Below are positions 39,549 through 48,697 of a DNA stretch of 64,000 bases, piece after piece (position 1 is the stretch's first letter; every line of letters starts with the position of its first letter). Source of the stretch: an uncultured Poribacteria bacterium (lineage in GTDB: Bacteria > Poribacteria > WGA-4E > WGA-3G); contig OX638351.1 in the NCBI GenBank assembly GCA_951813565.1, forward strand, positions 4,032,001 through 4,096,000. Direction: 5' to 3'. Both the position numbers and the translations under genes were made by a program. Below the pieces are notes generated by a model. That model did not search any database and was not told where the DNA came from. It worked only from the letters and a program-made list of their open reading frames with translations.

Positions 39549-40958
39549 ATGAGCCCCCCCAATATAATTTTAATGATGTGCGACGACTTGGGATATGGTG
39601 ATGTCGGATTTAACGGAAATGGGATAATCAAAACCCCGAATTTGGACCTTCTGACGAGCAATGGGATCCGATTCACGCGATTTTATGCGGGAGGGCCAGT
39701 GTGCTCGCCAACGCGTGGCACGTGTTTAACTGGGCGACATTATTTTCGATATGGCGTAACACATGCCAATCGTGGGCACTTACCTGCACAGGAAATAACA
39801 CTGGCGCGAATGTTAAAATCCTTTGGATATGCAACCGGACATTTTGGCAAATGGCATCTGGGCACACTGGACCCAAATTATTCGGGTAAGCGCAATCGTA
39901 ATCCAGCACGGAATTACGCTCCGCCGTGGGAGCGTGATTACGATACTTCTTTTGCCACGGAGTATGCAGTTCCCACTTGGGATCCCGCAGTAGGTTTCCA
40001 GAGGGACGGAAAGCGTGTGGACCGCCCCTGGGCCTCGCCTTATTACGAAAATGGAACACTGGCAACGGAAAATCTGGAAGGATGCGATTCCCGGGTATTA
40101 ATGGATCGCGCGATTCCATTTATTGAACAAGCTATTGAAAATGTCAAACCGTTCTTTACGACAATCTGGTTTCACGCACCCCATAGCCCAGTCGTTGCCG
40201 GACCGGAATATCGCGCAATGTATTCCGAATATAGCGAAGATGAGCAGCACTATTACGGTTGTATTACTGCCATAGACGATCAGGTGGGACGATTGTATCA
40301 CACATTGGCGGCATGGGGCGTATCCCAGAACACCATGATCTGGTTCTGTTCGGACAACGGGCCCGAGGGGCGCACTGGTCGAGATGGCCGTAACCGTGGA
40401 TCAACAGGCGGCTTGCGCGGGCGAAAACGATCTTTGTTTGACGGTGGCGTGGGCGTACCCGCGTTATTGCACTGGCCAGGTCATGCAGACCCCGGTCGCG
40501 TGGTAGAAATGCCGTGCAGCACGTTGGATTACTTCCCGACAATCGCCGAGGTCATGGAATATGAAATGCCAGATAATCGTCCGATTGACGGCATCAGTCT
40601 GCTACCGACCATTGAAGGAAACATGTCAGAACGCCCCACTCCGATTCCGTATCGGTTCAACAGTGGAAAAGGCGCAATGTTTGGCGCACCGACCATCGCA
40701 ATGATGGACAACCGTTATAAATGCTTGACCAACCTATCGAGTGATGGCAGCGAAGATTTGTGTTTTGACATGATTAAAGACCGTGCAGAAACGACCAACT
40801 TGGCAAATGAACAACGCGAGCATATCGGGCAAACCCGCAAGACCCTGCGCGAATGGCTCCGCTCATGTGAGGTTAGCCACAATGGTGGGGATTACGACGA
40901 GGCTTATGAACCGGTCGCGCCATTTGAAGAAGTCACTGGAGACTGGCACTCAAGATGA
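39549..40958 (+). CDS. Sulfatase (Cys-type, S1)
   Basis: PNIIL...DDLGYGD, CSPTR....TGR, GKWHLG and SDNG motifs. Confidence 0.92.
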   Translation: MSPPNIILMMCDDLGYGDVGFNGNGIIKTPNLDLLTSNGIRFTRFYAGGPVCSPTRGTCLTGRHYFRYGVTHANRGHLPAQEITLARMLKSFGYATGHFGKWHLGTLDPNYSGKRNRNPARNYAPPWERDYDTSFATEYAVPTWDPAVGFQRDGKRVDRPWASPYYENGTLATENLEGCDSRVLMDRAIPFIEQAIENVKPFFTTIWFHAPHSPVVAGPEYRAMYSEYSEDEQHYYGCITAIDDQVGRLYHTLAAWGVSQNTMIWFCSDNGPEGRTGRDGRNRGSTGGLRGRKRSLFDGGVGVPALLHWPGHADPGRVVEMPCSTLDYFPTIAEVMEYEMPDNRPIDGISLLPTIEGNMSERPTPIPYRFNSGKGAMFGAPTIAMMDNRYKCLTNLSSDGSEDLCFDMIKDRAETTNLANEQREHIGQTRKTLREWLRSCEVSHNGGDYDEAYEPVAPFEEVTGDWHSR

Positions 40959-40991
40959 AACAGAAATTAGTAAAGAAAGAGTGCCATTCGG

Positions 40992-41074
40992 GTTCGGAAG
41001 GTATTTCCAGTTTGAAGGAAATTGAAACTGAATGAAAGAGTGGAAGGTGTATCTGGTCTGAATGGTATTGAGAC
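40992..41074 (+). CRISPR. Degenerate CRISPR-like repeat pair, no cas genes in window
   Basis: 37-nt GTTCGGAAGGTATTTCCAGTTTGAAGGAAATTGAAAC with an ATTTCC/GGAAAT stem and ATTGAAAC end; second 37-mer at 41038-41074 matches 25/37 ungapped; 9-nt gap between them. Confidence 0.45.
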
Positions 41075-41216
41075 GCAACAACTATGAGTCAAGCAAGGAA
41101 AAGGCACGTTTCCAAAACGTGCCTATATTTATGTTAATTTGTTCTTGTATGATTCAGAGAATGTGCTTCACAGTCAAGATGTGTACACAACAATTGAATG
41201 GCTCTGCTAACGATAA

Positions 41217-41429
41217 GGGTGTGTAAATATTTGGTTACATAGGTTCAATTTGCAATGATTACGCGGCGTTTTCCACTGTAGGGAGGGGTCCCTGTGCCCC
41301 GCCACTGCACAGGACGTGCCATGCAACGGGCAGGCACCAAATCAACGGTCCGAATGCCTTTTAGCATTCCCCGGAGACCCGCCCCTACAATAGGAGTTGT
41401 GCGGATTTCTACAAAAACTTTACACACCC
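41217..41429. mobile_element. ISKra4-type MITE carrying a REP doublet
   Basis: GGGTGTGTAAA / CAAAAACTTTACACACCC ends match the IS at 14871-16468; 9-bp TSD TAACGATAA; mini-hairpin at 41338-41372. Confidence 0.85.
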
Positions 41430-41445
41430 TAACGATAAAACTCCC

Positions 41446-41474
41446 TTGACAGGCGGTCCAGTCTGTGATATTAT
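41446..41474 (+). promoter_or_regulatory. Sigma70-type promoter
   Basis: TTGACA-17 bp-TATTAT with TGn. Confidence 0.6.
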
Positions 41475-41495
41475 GCCTACTTTATCAACACATGG

Positions 41496-42059
41496 ATGGT
41501 ATCTAATCTGGTAATGGAAAATTACGAACCTATTTTAAAACGGCTTGAAAAAACCGCAAAACAGTATACCAATATCGCACCCGAAAACGGGCAATTTCTT
41601 TCTATCCTCATCCGATCTATTCACGCGCAAAACGTCCTTGAAGTCGGTACAAGTAATGGTTACTCCACAATTTGGCTTGCGGCTGCGCTAAAGGAAACTG
41701 GAGGCAAACTCATCACCTTGGAGTTTGATCCAAAACGTGCAGCAGAGGCACAAGCACACCTCAAAGAAGTTAATTTACACGATATTGTTGAAATACGGGT
41801 TGGCAATGCACTTGATGAAATTCCTCAATGTAGTGCGACTGTCGACCTTGTGTTCCTTGATGCTGAGAAAAGCGAATACCGACGTTATCTTGAATTGGCA
41901 TTGCCTAACGTTCGGGCGGGCGGTTTAATTGTGGCTGATGATACCGTGACGATGCGCAATGAAATGTTGGATTATGTGGAATTCGTCTTTAACACATCTC
42001 TATTAAATTCTGTTGACATTCCTCTGGACGATGGTATAATTCTAAGCTATAAAACCTAA
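41496..42059 (+). CDS. O-methyltransferase (Methyltransf_3 family)
   Basis: VLEVGTSNGYSTIWLA, VFLDAEK and GGLIVAD motifs. Confidence 0.88.
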   Translation: MVSNLVMENYEPILKRLEKTAKQYTNIAPENGQFLSILIRSIHAQNVLEVGTSNGYSTIWLAAALKETGGKLITLEFDPKRAAEAQAHLKEVNLHDIVEIRVGNALDEIPQCSATVDLVFLDAEKSEYRRYLELALPNVRAGGLIVADDTVTMRNEMLDYVEFVFNTSLLNSVDIPLDDGIILSYKT

Positions 42060-42167
42060 GTGTAGATTGTTGATGGCGCATTCTTCCAGCGATCTGCAAT
42101 ACAGTCCAATTCGTGGATTTCCCAAGTTTTTAGGAGTTTATAACCTACGACTAAAGGAGGAACCAAA

Positions 42168-42956
42168 ATGATACGTTTTACAATTAGTTTTATCACCATA
42201 GGCTTGATGCTTGCACAACTCAGCAACGCTGAAATCGATCCGAATACTATTGTCGGTGCGTGGTTGTTTAATGAATCAAATGGAAAGGTCGCTGCAGATT
42301 CATCCGACAATGGTAATGATGGCGACCTTGTTGGCGGTGCGAAATGGGTAAAGGGTAAATTTGGCAACGCTATTGAACTTAATGGTCAAGATGCTTGGGT
42401 CACTGTTCCAGCGATCGGGCCGCTTAAAGACTTTACACTGTTAAAGTGGTTTAATTCGACAGGTAGAGTTGGGGCGTGGAGATGCTTTTTTAACCGTGAT
42501 GGTTGGGCTGCTGGGTATGTCCATTATCAATTTCGTCCGGACAATAAGATGGAGATGGCTATTCACTCCAACAATCCAGTGCGACACCCGGGGTGGCCTG
42601 ATTCAGGTTTCACAGCAGACCAAAGCACTTTGGATAAATGGTTCCATCTTACAGTTGCATACAGCAGTACCGAAGAATCAGTTCGCGTCTACTTTGATGG
42701 GGAACTTGATGCCGAGGGTAAATGGGGTCCTTTACCCGGTGAATTTGGACCTGGCCGCATTGGCTCATGGTCTGGAGGCGGCAGAGAGTGGCAAGGGATG
42801 TTCGATGAAATGTTACTCTTCAATGTCTCATTAGAGGAAGACGACATTCAGATGTTAATGCAACATGGCTTAGAAGGGGCACTCGCTGTTGAAGCAGCAG
42901 ATAAAGCTGCGACAATTTGGGGTAAAATTAAGTTAGGATTTATGGAAAATAGATAG
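42168..42956 (+). CDS. Secreted LamG (concanavalin-like) domain protein with C-terminal K.AT.W motif
   Basis: Signal peptide; W.F.E..G..A.DSS.NGN.G..G.KW..GKFGNA; tail AVEAADKAATIWGKIK. Confidence 0.88.
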   Translation: MIRFTISFITIGLMLAQLSNAEIDPNTIVGAWLFNESNGKVAADSSDNGNDGDLVGGAKWVKGKFGNAIELNGQDAWVTVPAIGPLKDFTLLKWFNSTGRVGAWRCFFNRDGWAAGYVHYQFRPDNKMEMAIHSNNPVRHPGWPDSGFTADQSTLDKWFHLTVAYSSTEESVRVYFDGELDAEGKWGPLPGEFGPGRIGSWSGGGREWQGMFDEMLLFNVSLEEDDIQMLMQHGLEGALAVEAADKAATIWGKIKLGFMENR

Positions 42957-43006
42957 ACACTTTTCGGCAAGCATTTTGCGAGGTTGTTTATAGACTCCTC
43001 ATATTA

Positions 43007-43295
43007 TAGTAAATTAACCTAAGTTGCTACGGACAAGATTTCAAGTTAGCAAACACTGCTTTTACTGAAAAAACAAGGCTTTTTCGCTGATTCTTATGTT
43101 TTTTGTTCTAAATCGGGGTTAGAAACCCCTCCTACAAGAGCATTGCGAAATAGGTGGCAACTTGGGTTAAATTATGTAAATAAGTTCACATATATTCTGT
43201 AGGAGCGCTCTCCGAATCGCGACGAAACCACTGTTAGTCGGGAATCGGAGTTTCCTCGGACAGCTCAGATGTCCAGTTAATTGTAGAATCCGCTA
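43007..43295. mobile_element. IS630-type MITE with nested family B MITE (43017-43167)
   Basis: Near-identical to 56803-56933; the insert is flanked by TSD TAAATTA, which occurs once in the empty copy. Confidence 0.85.
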
Positions 43296-43299
43296 TAAT

Positions 43300-44493
43300 A
43301 TGTCCCTTCAATTCAAACTCTCAGACAAATCCACCCGTTTCACAGAATCTGTTATCCGAGGCATGACGCAGTTATGTCTACGTCACAATGCGATAAACCT
43401 GTCGCAAGGCACACCCGCATATCAACCGCCGGATGTAGTCAAAGCAGCAGCAATTGAGGCAATTCAAGAAGGATATAACCAATATAGTATCACATGGGGA
43501 GCACCAGAATTTCGCGAAGCAATCGCACATAAAATGACGACTTTCAACTGCATTCCAACTGATGCTGCAAAAAATGTTACCGTCACCTGCGGCTCAACTG
43601 AAGGCATGCTATCCGCTCTACTTGCCATTATTAACCCTGGTGACGAGGTTATCATTTTTGAACCCTTTTATGAAAACTATGGGCCTGATACCATTATCTC
43701 TGGTGCAAAACCCGTCTATGTAGCACTTCAAGAAACACAAACTGCAGATGGTGTAATGCGGTTTGCTTATGATACTTCCGAACTCCAAAATGCTTTTTCT
43801 GCCAACACAAAAGCGATTATTGTAAATACTCCCAACAATCCGCTTGGCAAGGTTTTTACGCAAGACGAACTCCAACAGATTGCTGACCTCTGCTGTGAAC
43901 ATGACTGTATCGCTGTAACTGATGAGATATACGAGCATATGATCTATGATGACAAAGCGCATATCAGCATCGGATCTTTGTCGCAGATGCGGGATCGGAC
44001 GGTTACTGTGTCAGGATTGAGCAAAACCTATTCTATGACAGGATGGCGTTTAGGGTATGTCGTGGCACCTGAAGTTTTAACAGATGCAATACGCAAAATG
44101 CACGATTTCTTAACCGTCGGTGCGCCGCACCCCTTACAACGAGCAGGTGTTGTCGCGCTCAACCTGCCACCAAGTTACTATCAAGAATTAGTCGATAAAT
44201 ATAACAAAAATCGCAAAAGACTCGTTAATACACTTAGAGAGGCAGGATTCCGTTGTCATCCACCAGAGGCTGCCTATTACATTATGACAGACATCTCCGA
44301 TTTTGGATTTCCCGATGACACAGCATTTGCGCACTGGTTGGTCAAAGAAATTGGTGTGGGAGGCGTGCCGGGTTCCAGTTTTTACAGCCGCCCACACCTT
44401 GGCAAGACCAAATTTAGATTTATGTTCAGCATGGCGGATGATGTACTTGTTGAAGCGGGTGAAAGGTTAATGAAGATAAAATCAAAAATCTGA
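43300..44493 (+). CDS. PLP-dependent aminotransferase, class I/II
   Basis: INLSQG.P, NTPNNP.G, DEIYE and SKTYSMTGWRLGY motifs. Confidence 0.92.
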   Translation: MSLQFKLSDKSTRFTESVIRGMTQLCLRHNAINLSQGTPAYQPPDVVKAAAIEAIQEGYNQYSITWGAPEFREAIAHKMTTFNCIPTDAAKNVTVTCGSTEGMLSALLAIINPGDEVIIFEPFYENYGPDTIISGAKPVYVALQETQTADGVMRFAYDTSELQNAFSANTKAIIVNTPNNPLGKVFTQDELQQIADLCCEHDCIAVTDEIYEHMIYDDKAHISIGSLSQMRDRTVTVSGLSKTYSMTGWRLGYVVAPEVLTDAIRKMHDFLTVGAPHPLQRAGVVALNLPPSYYQELVDKYNKNRKRLVNTLREAGFRCHPPEAAYYIMTDISDFGFPDDTAFAHWLVKEIGVGGVPGSSFYSRPHLGKTKFRFMFSMADDVLVEAGERLMKIKSKI

Positions 44494-44669
44494 CCTGCAG
44501 TGACTGATTCGTTCAATTTTTCAGTAGTTTCCACATTCGGGCAAAGATCTCTTCTTGTAGGAACGAGCTCCAGCTCGCGACCTGTCTAATATTTTGGCGA
44601 AAACTCTAAAACAGAATCGATATAACAGTAACGGGTTATGACACGAAATTTTCATAGAGGAACAATATT

Positions 44670-44876
44670 ATGGATACAGTTCTTGATAACGAAACACGGG
44701 AAATCTTTCGATCAGAAATAGAAATAATTATTCAGCACGACGCAAAGTATATAACCCTCGGTCCTGATGAGTTTGAAGCAATTGTTAATGCATTTGAGTT
44801 TACTTTAACAAACGGACGCGAAAAGGTCAGAGCGCAAATGATATATGACCTTGTTCAAGAAAAAAGAGATAACTAA
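44670..44876 (+). CDS. Small hypothetical protein
   Basis: 68 aa; GAGGA RBS; stop lies 1 nt before the start of the SMC-like gene. Confidence 0.6.
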   Translation: MDTVLDNETREIFRSEIEIIIQHDAKYITLGPDEFEAIVNAFEFTLTNGREKVRAQMIYDLVQEKRDN

Positions 44877-44877
44877 T

Positions 44878-46761
44878 ATGCGGTTAGAGCGGATTCGTCT
44901 CAAGACATTCGGTTGTTTCCAACAGCAAGATTTTGAACTATCTGACGGTATCAATCTCATTTTTGGGCCTAATTTTAGCGGAAAAAGCACGCTTGTTAAC
45001 GCTATCTTTTTCACTTTAACCGGTAAACCGATAGTGCCAAGGGTTGATGCTGCAGCGATAAAGAGTGCAAAATCGTATAGCGGAACAGCTGGGCTGCAAT
45101 TCGTAGAAGATGGGGAACGTTATATGCTCTTCCGTGGCACCGGTAAACGTTTCCAACTCAGGCATGAAAAAGAAGGTAACTGGCACATTGTTTTTGATGA
45201 TAAACGTATCACGGTCGTTGAATCTATGCTAAAAGACAAGTTTGGGATTATGCATGACCGGCTTGCCTTGACAACATTCCTTCGCGAAGGTGAAATTTTT
45301 GAATTTCTTGCTCGACAACCCGCAACTCGACGCGATATTCTATTCGCGCTCCTCGGTATTGACAGATTGATAGAGGTTAGAGAACGGTTCATTGACGCAC
45401 GTCGCCTGGCGAAACGCGAACGGAGTAGGATTCAGGCACATCAGAATAGTCTACGGTTCAGTGCACAAAATGCACACAAAACAGAAATTGAAAGAATAGA
45501 AGCAAAATTGAAAGAACTTGAAGCGGCGGACAGTACGGAAACCGGAGATGCAGCATTAATCGCTGAATGGAAGCAGAACCACAAACAAGCACAAATACAA
45601 TTAGATACCCTCACACGAGAACAGACCGAAACCTTAAGTGGTTTCAACAGTATTTCCCACTTACGCGAGATGATAGCTACTATTGAAACAGCAGTTAAGG
45701 AAGCCGCAGGATTAGAGACGGAACGCGAGGAGCTCATCCAAAAAATTGGGAGTCTTGACTCTCAAATTGGAGGTTTGACGAATGTTTGTAACACCCTTCA
45801 CACGCTGATTGAGAGTGACGATGGACATTGTCCCACCTGCCATCAGAAGATAGAACGAGAAATCGTTCAGAAGATTATTGAGGAAAAGGAAACCGAAATA
45901 TCGCAACTATCTGCTGAATTAGAAACTCACAAGAAAACTTTAGCCGAAAAAACCGAAAGTTTAGAAAGTCGGCAGGAACTTGAACAGAGACTGCAGACCT
46001 TGCAGACGAAAGTAACTCGGTTAGAACAGCTTGAGCCAGATATTGATAAAATACAGACTGAAGTTAACACACTTACAACTCGGCTAAGTGAAAAAGGTGT
46101 GTTAGAACAAGAAACAACGGATGAATCAACCAACAACGATGGGCAATCTGTAGAGTCCATCCCCGAAAATATAGATAAACGTCAATTGAAAGCGCGAATT
46201 GACAGCGAACGGAAAAAACTTGAAAAACTTAAGCAGGAAGAGGCGGTGCAATTAGATAGACTTGAGCGACTCCAGAAGGTAAACGCTGAAGCAGAACAGG
46301 TTGAAAGGACAACGCTCAGTTTAGAACTCGCTTGTGCGGGTGTTGACAAAACCATTGAAACACTTCAACGCCAAATCCTTAAACCTGCGGAGGAGGAACT
46401 ACATCGCAGACTTGAACAGATGGAACTTTTTGGACGAACGCGTATTGACTTACAGAAACAACATTTGCTCCCTTCAGTAAAGATAGATGGTGTTGATCGG
46501 AGTTTGATGTTGCTCAGCGGTAGCGAAAAAATGTTCCTCTATCTCTGTTTTAAGGTAGCACTTGCCAAAGTTTTAGGCAATCCCGGTTTCTTTGTGTTCG
46601 ACGATCCAACGCTCCATTTAGATGGTGAGCGAAAAACGTTGATGGTGGATTTTATCCGAAAACTCTCCGAAGAACATCAGGTAGTTGTGACGAGTTATGA
46701 TGACAAAGTGCGTCAGGGATTGGAAGGTGCACATCTAATAGAAATGAAGCGGGAACTGTAG
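44878..46761 (+). CDS. SbcC/Rad50-like ATPase
   Basis: GPNFSGKST, coiled coils, CPTC zinc hook, LSGSE and FDDPT.HLD motifs; start re-called at MRLERI. Confidence 0.85.
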   Translation: MRLERIRLKTFGCFQQQDFELSDGINLIFGPNFSGKSTLVNAIFFTLTGKPIVPRVDAAAIKSAKSYSGTAGLQFVEDGERYMLFRGTGKRFQLRHEKEGNWHIVFDDKRITVVESMLKDKFGIMHDRLALTTFLREGEIFEFLARQPATRRDILFALLGIDRLIEVRERFIDARRLAKRERSRIQAHQNSLRFSAQNAHKTEIERIEAKLKELEAADSTETGDAALIAEWKQNHKQAQIQLDTLTREQTETLSGFNSISHLREMIATIETAVKEAAGLETEREELIQKIGSLDSQIGGLTNVCNTLHTLIESDDGHCPTCHQKIEREIVQKIIEEKETEISQLSAELETHKKTLAEKTESLESRQELEQRLQTLQTKVTRLEQLEPDIDKIQTEVNTLTTRLSEKGVLEQETTDESTNNDGQSVESIPENIDKRQLKARIDSERKKLEKLKQEEAVQLDRLERLQKVNAEAEQVERTTLSLELACAGVDKTIETLQRQILKPAEEELHRRLEQMELFGRTRIDLQKQHLLPSVKIDGVDRSLMLLSGSEKMFLYLCFKVALAKVLGNPGFFVFDDPTLHLDGERKTLMVDFIRKLSEEHQVVVTSYDDKVRQGLEGAHLIEMKREL

Positions 46762-46786
46762 GAATAGACTTCCTATATCAAAATAA

Positions 46787-48187
46787 CTAAAATCGTTTAA
46801 GAAAAATATCCCCATTATCCCGCTGGTTGTTACTCCAGACGACTGCACACTGCCCATTCCCAACGGATACGACAAAGGGTGGGAAATGCTCGCCTTCGCT
46901 TGTAGAGATAGGCACACCCTCTTTCTCCCATAATAGATTACCATCTAAATCAATTTGTTGACAGTAGATTGCGTCAACGCTTTTTTCGCCGAAGTCACCT
47001 CGGTAATCTATCCATGCAACAAAGAATTGATCTTCGGCAGATTGCACGATGAAAGGTCTATCTTGATGACCACCTGCGGTGCAAAGCGGGATACCATCAC
47101 TTTCCCAAGCCAACGTTCCGTCAGCACCAATGCGTTGCGTGTATAGGTCACCGTAGATATCGCGTTCGTCTCGCCACACAGCAATGATTCCACCCTTGCC
47201 GTCGTTGACAATTGCAGCGTTTTTTTGAATTTCGTCCGCAGTACAGACTGGAACGCCTATCTTCTGCCACAATTTCTTTCTGTCAGGAGAAATGCGTTGT
47301 GCATAGAGTTGGTCATTAATGAAATTTTCATATATCTGCCAGACAACTATAAGACCACTTTTGCCATCTGCCACTACACGTGGTTCACCTTGCATGCCGT
47401 TTTCTGGGGTAATGAGGAGCGGTGTATCCCATAAAGGTCTCGCGTCAAAACTGAGACGATATGCCATAATATGCCAAGCATCGTATCCAATAACGTCCCA
47501 CCACACAATGTAAAATCCACCTAATCCATCTGCAATAAGGATGGGATTGCTCTGTAGCGATTCCGATGGAAAAACAGGTATACCGTCCTGCTGCCACATC
47601 ATTGTCCCATCAGGATTGATACGTTGGATATAGAGGTCTTGGAATTCGGAACTTCGGCGTTCATCTTCCCATACGACGATTGCACCTCCCGCGCCATCAC
47701 TCAAAATTGCTTGCGTAGATTGGTCTGCAGCATTTGTGCAGATAGGAATTCCATCCGTTTGCCAAAGCACTTTGCCCTCAAGGTTTACGGCTTGGGCATA
47801 AATATCCCAACTGCCTCCACCACGTCTGTCGTTCCAAACTACGATTGCGTGCGTATCGTGCCGAATCATGCGTAAGCGACGTTGATTTCTATCTGCGGTG
47901 GATATCGGCAGACCGTCCGTTTGCCACATCGGTGTGTTATTGTTATCTACACGTTGCGCGTATACATCCCAATCCTTACCGGTGCGATAATCCTCCCATA
48001 CGACGATAACGCCACCTTTACCATCGTTTACAACTGACGGGAAAAGTTGACCATCTTTGGCAGTAGAAACGGATATTTTCTCAGACGCGGTTGTGGATTG
48101 TAGGAGACAGAAGACTCCCACAAGGAAAAGAGGAATGAACTTTACCAATGGGAAACTCATTCGGTGAAAAGCGTTTTTGGTGTCCAT
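46787..48187 (-). CDS. Secreted repeat (likely beta-propeller) protein
   Basis: About 7 repeats of DG.GG.IVVW.D.R....DIYAQR.....G...W..DG.P. Confidence 0.75.
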   Translation of the reverse strand: MDTKNAFHRMSFPLVKFIPLFLVGVFCLLQSTTASEKISVSTAKDGQLFPSVVNDGKGGVIVVWEDYRTGKDWDVYAQRVDNNNTPMWQTDGLPISTADRNQRRLRMIRHDTHAIVVWNDRRGGGSWDIYAQAVNLEGKVLWQTDGIPICTNAADQSTQAILSDGAGGAIVVWEDERRSSEFQDLYIQRINPDGTMMWQQDGIPVFPSESLQSNPILIADGLGGFYIVWWDVIGYDAWHIMAYRLSFDARPLWDTPLLITPENGMQGEPRVVADGKSGLIVVWQIYENFINDQLYAQRISPDRKKLWQKIGVPVCTADEIQKNAAIVNDGKGGIIAVWRDERDIYGDLYTQRIGADGTLAWESDGIPLCTAGGHQDRPFIVQSAEDQFFVAWIDYRGDFGEKSVDAIYCQQIDLDGNLLWEKEGVPISTSEGEHFPPFVVSVGNGQCAVVWSNNQRDNGDIFLKRF

Positions 48188-48654
48188 AAGTTGACCAATG
48201 TTCCTCTGGTATATAAATCAAGTGCTTCCCAATTCTGGATAGGTAGTTCAATATGTGCAAGTGCAGCTGTGGGCATCCGCTCAATTTGCCCTGTCAAGTG
48301 CCGCACGAGTTGTTCCATCGTTGGGTTATGCCCGACAACCATGACTCGCTGAAATTTATCAGGTAGTACTTGTAATTTTTCGATGTAAACGCCCGGTGGG
48401 GCAAGGTAAAAACGATCTAACCGCTTTACTTTGGCGGTATAACCACATGCTTTTGCGACCTTAGTAGCGGTTTTTCTTGCACGTTTGGCTGATGAGGTAA
48501 AAACACGATCTGGAATTAACTCTTGTTCACGCAGATGTTTTCCCATACGCGGTGCATCTTGTTTACCGCGTTTGTTAAGGGGACGGTCGTAATCGGATAG
48601 TTCTGGATTGTCCCAACTGGATTTGGCATGCCGCAAAATGAGAAGCGTTTTCAT
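48157..48654 (-). CDS. sixA: SixA-like histidine phosphatase
   Basis: RHAKS.W, D..RPL..RG, SSA.RA..T and VGHNP motifs; start re-called at 48654. Confidence 0.85.
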   Translation of the reverse strand: MKTLLILRHAKSSWDNPELSDYDRPLNKRGKQDAPRMGKHLREQELIPDRVFTSSAKRARKTATKVAKACGYTAKVKRLDRFYLAPPGVYIEKLQVLPDKFQRVMVVGHNPTMEQLVRHLTGQIERMPTAALAHIELPIQNWEALDLYTRGTLVNLWTPKTLFTE

Positions 48655-48697
48655 GGTAATTCTGCTATGATTTAGAACGTGAGTGTTCCTGATACTT

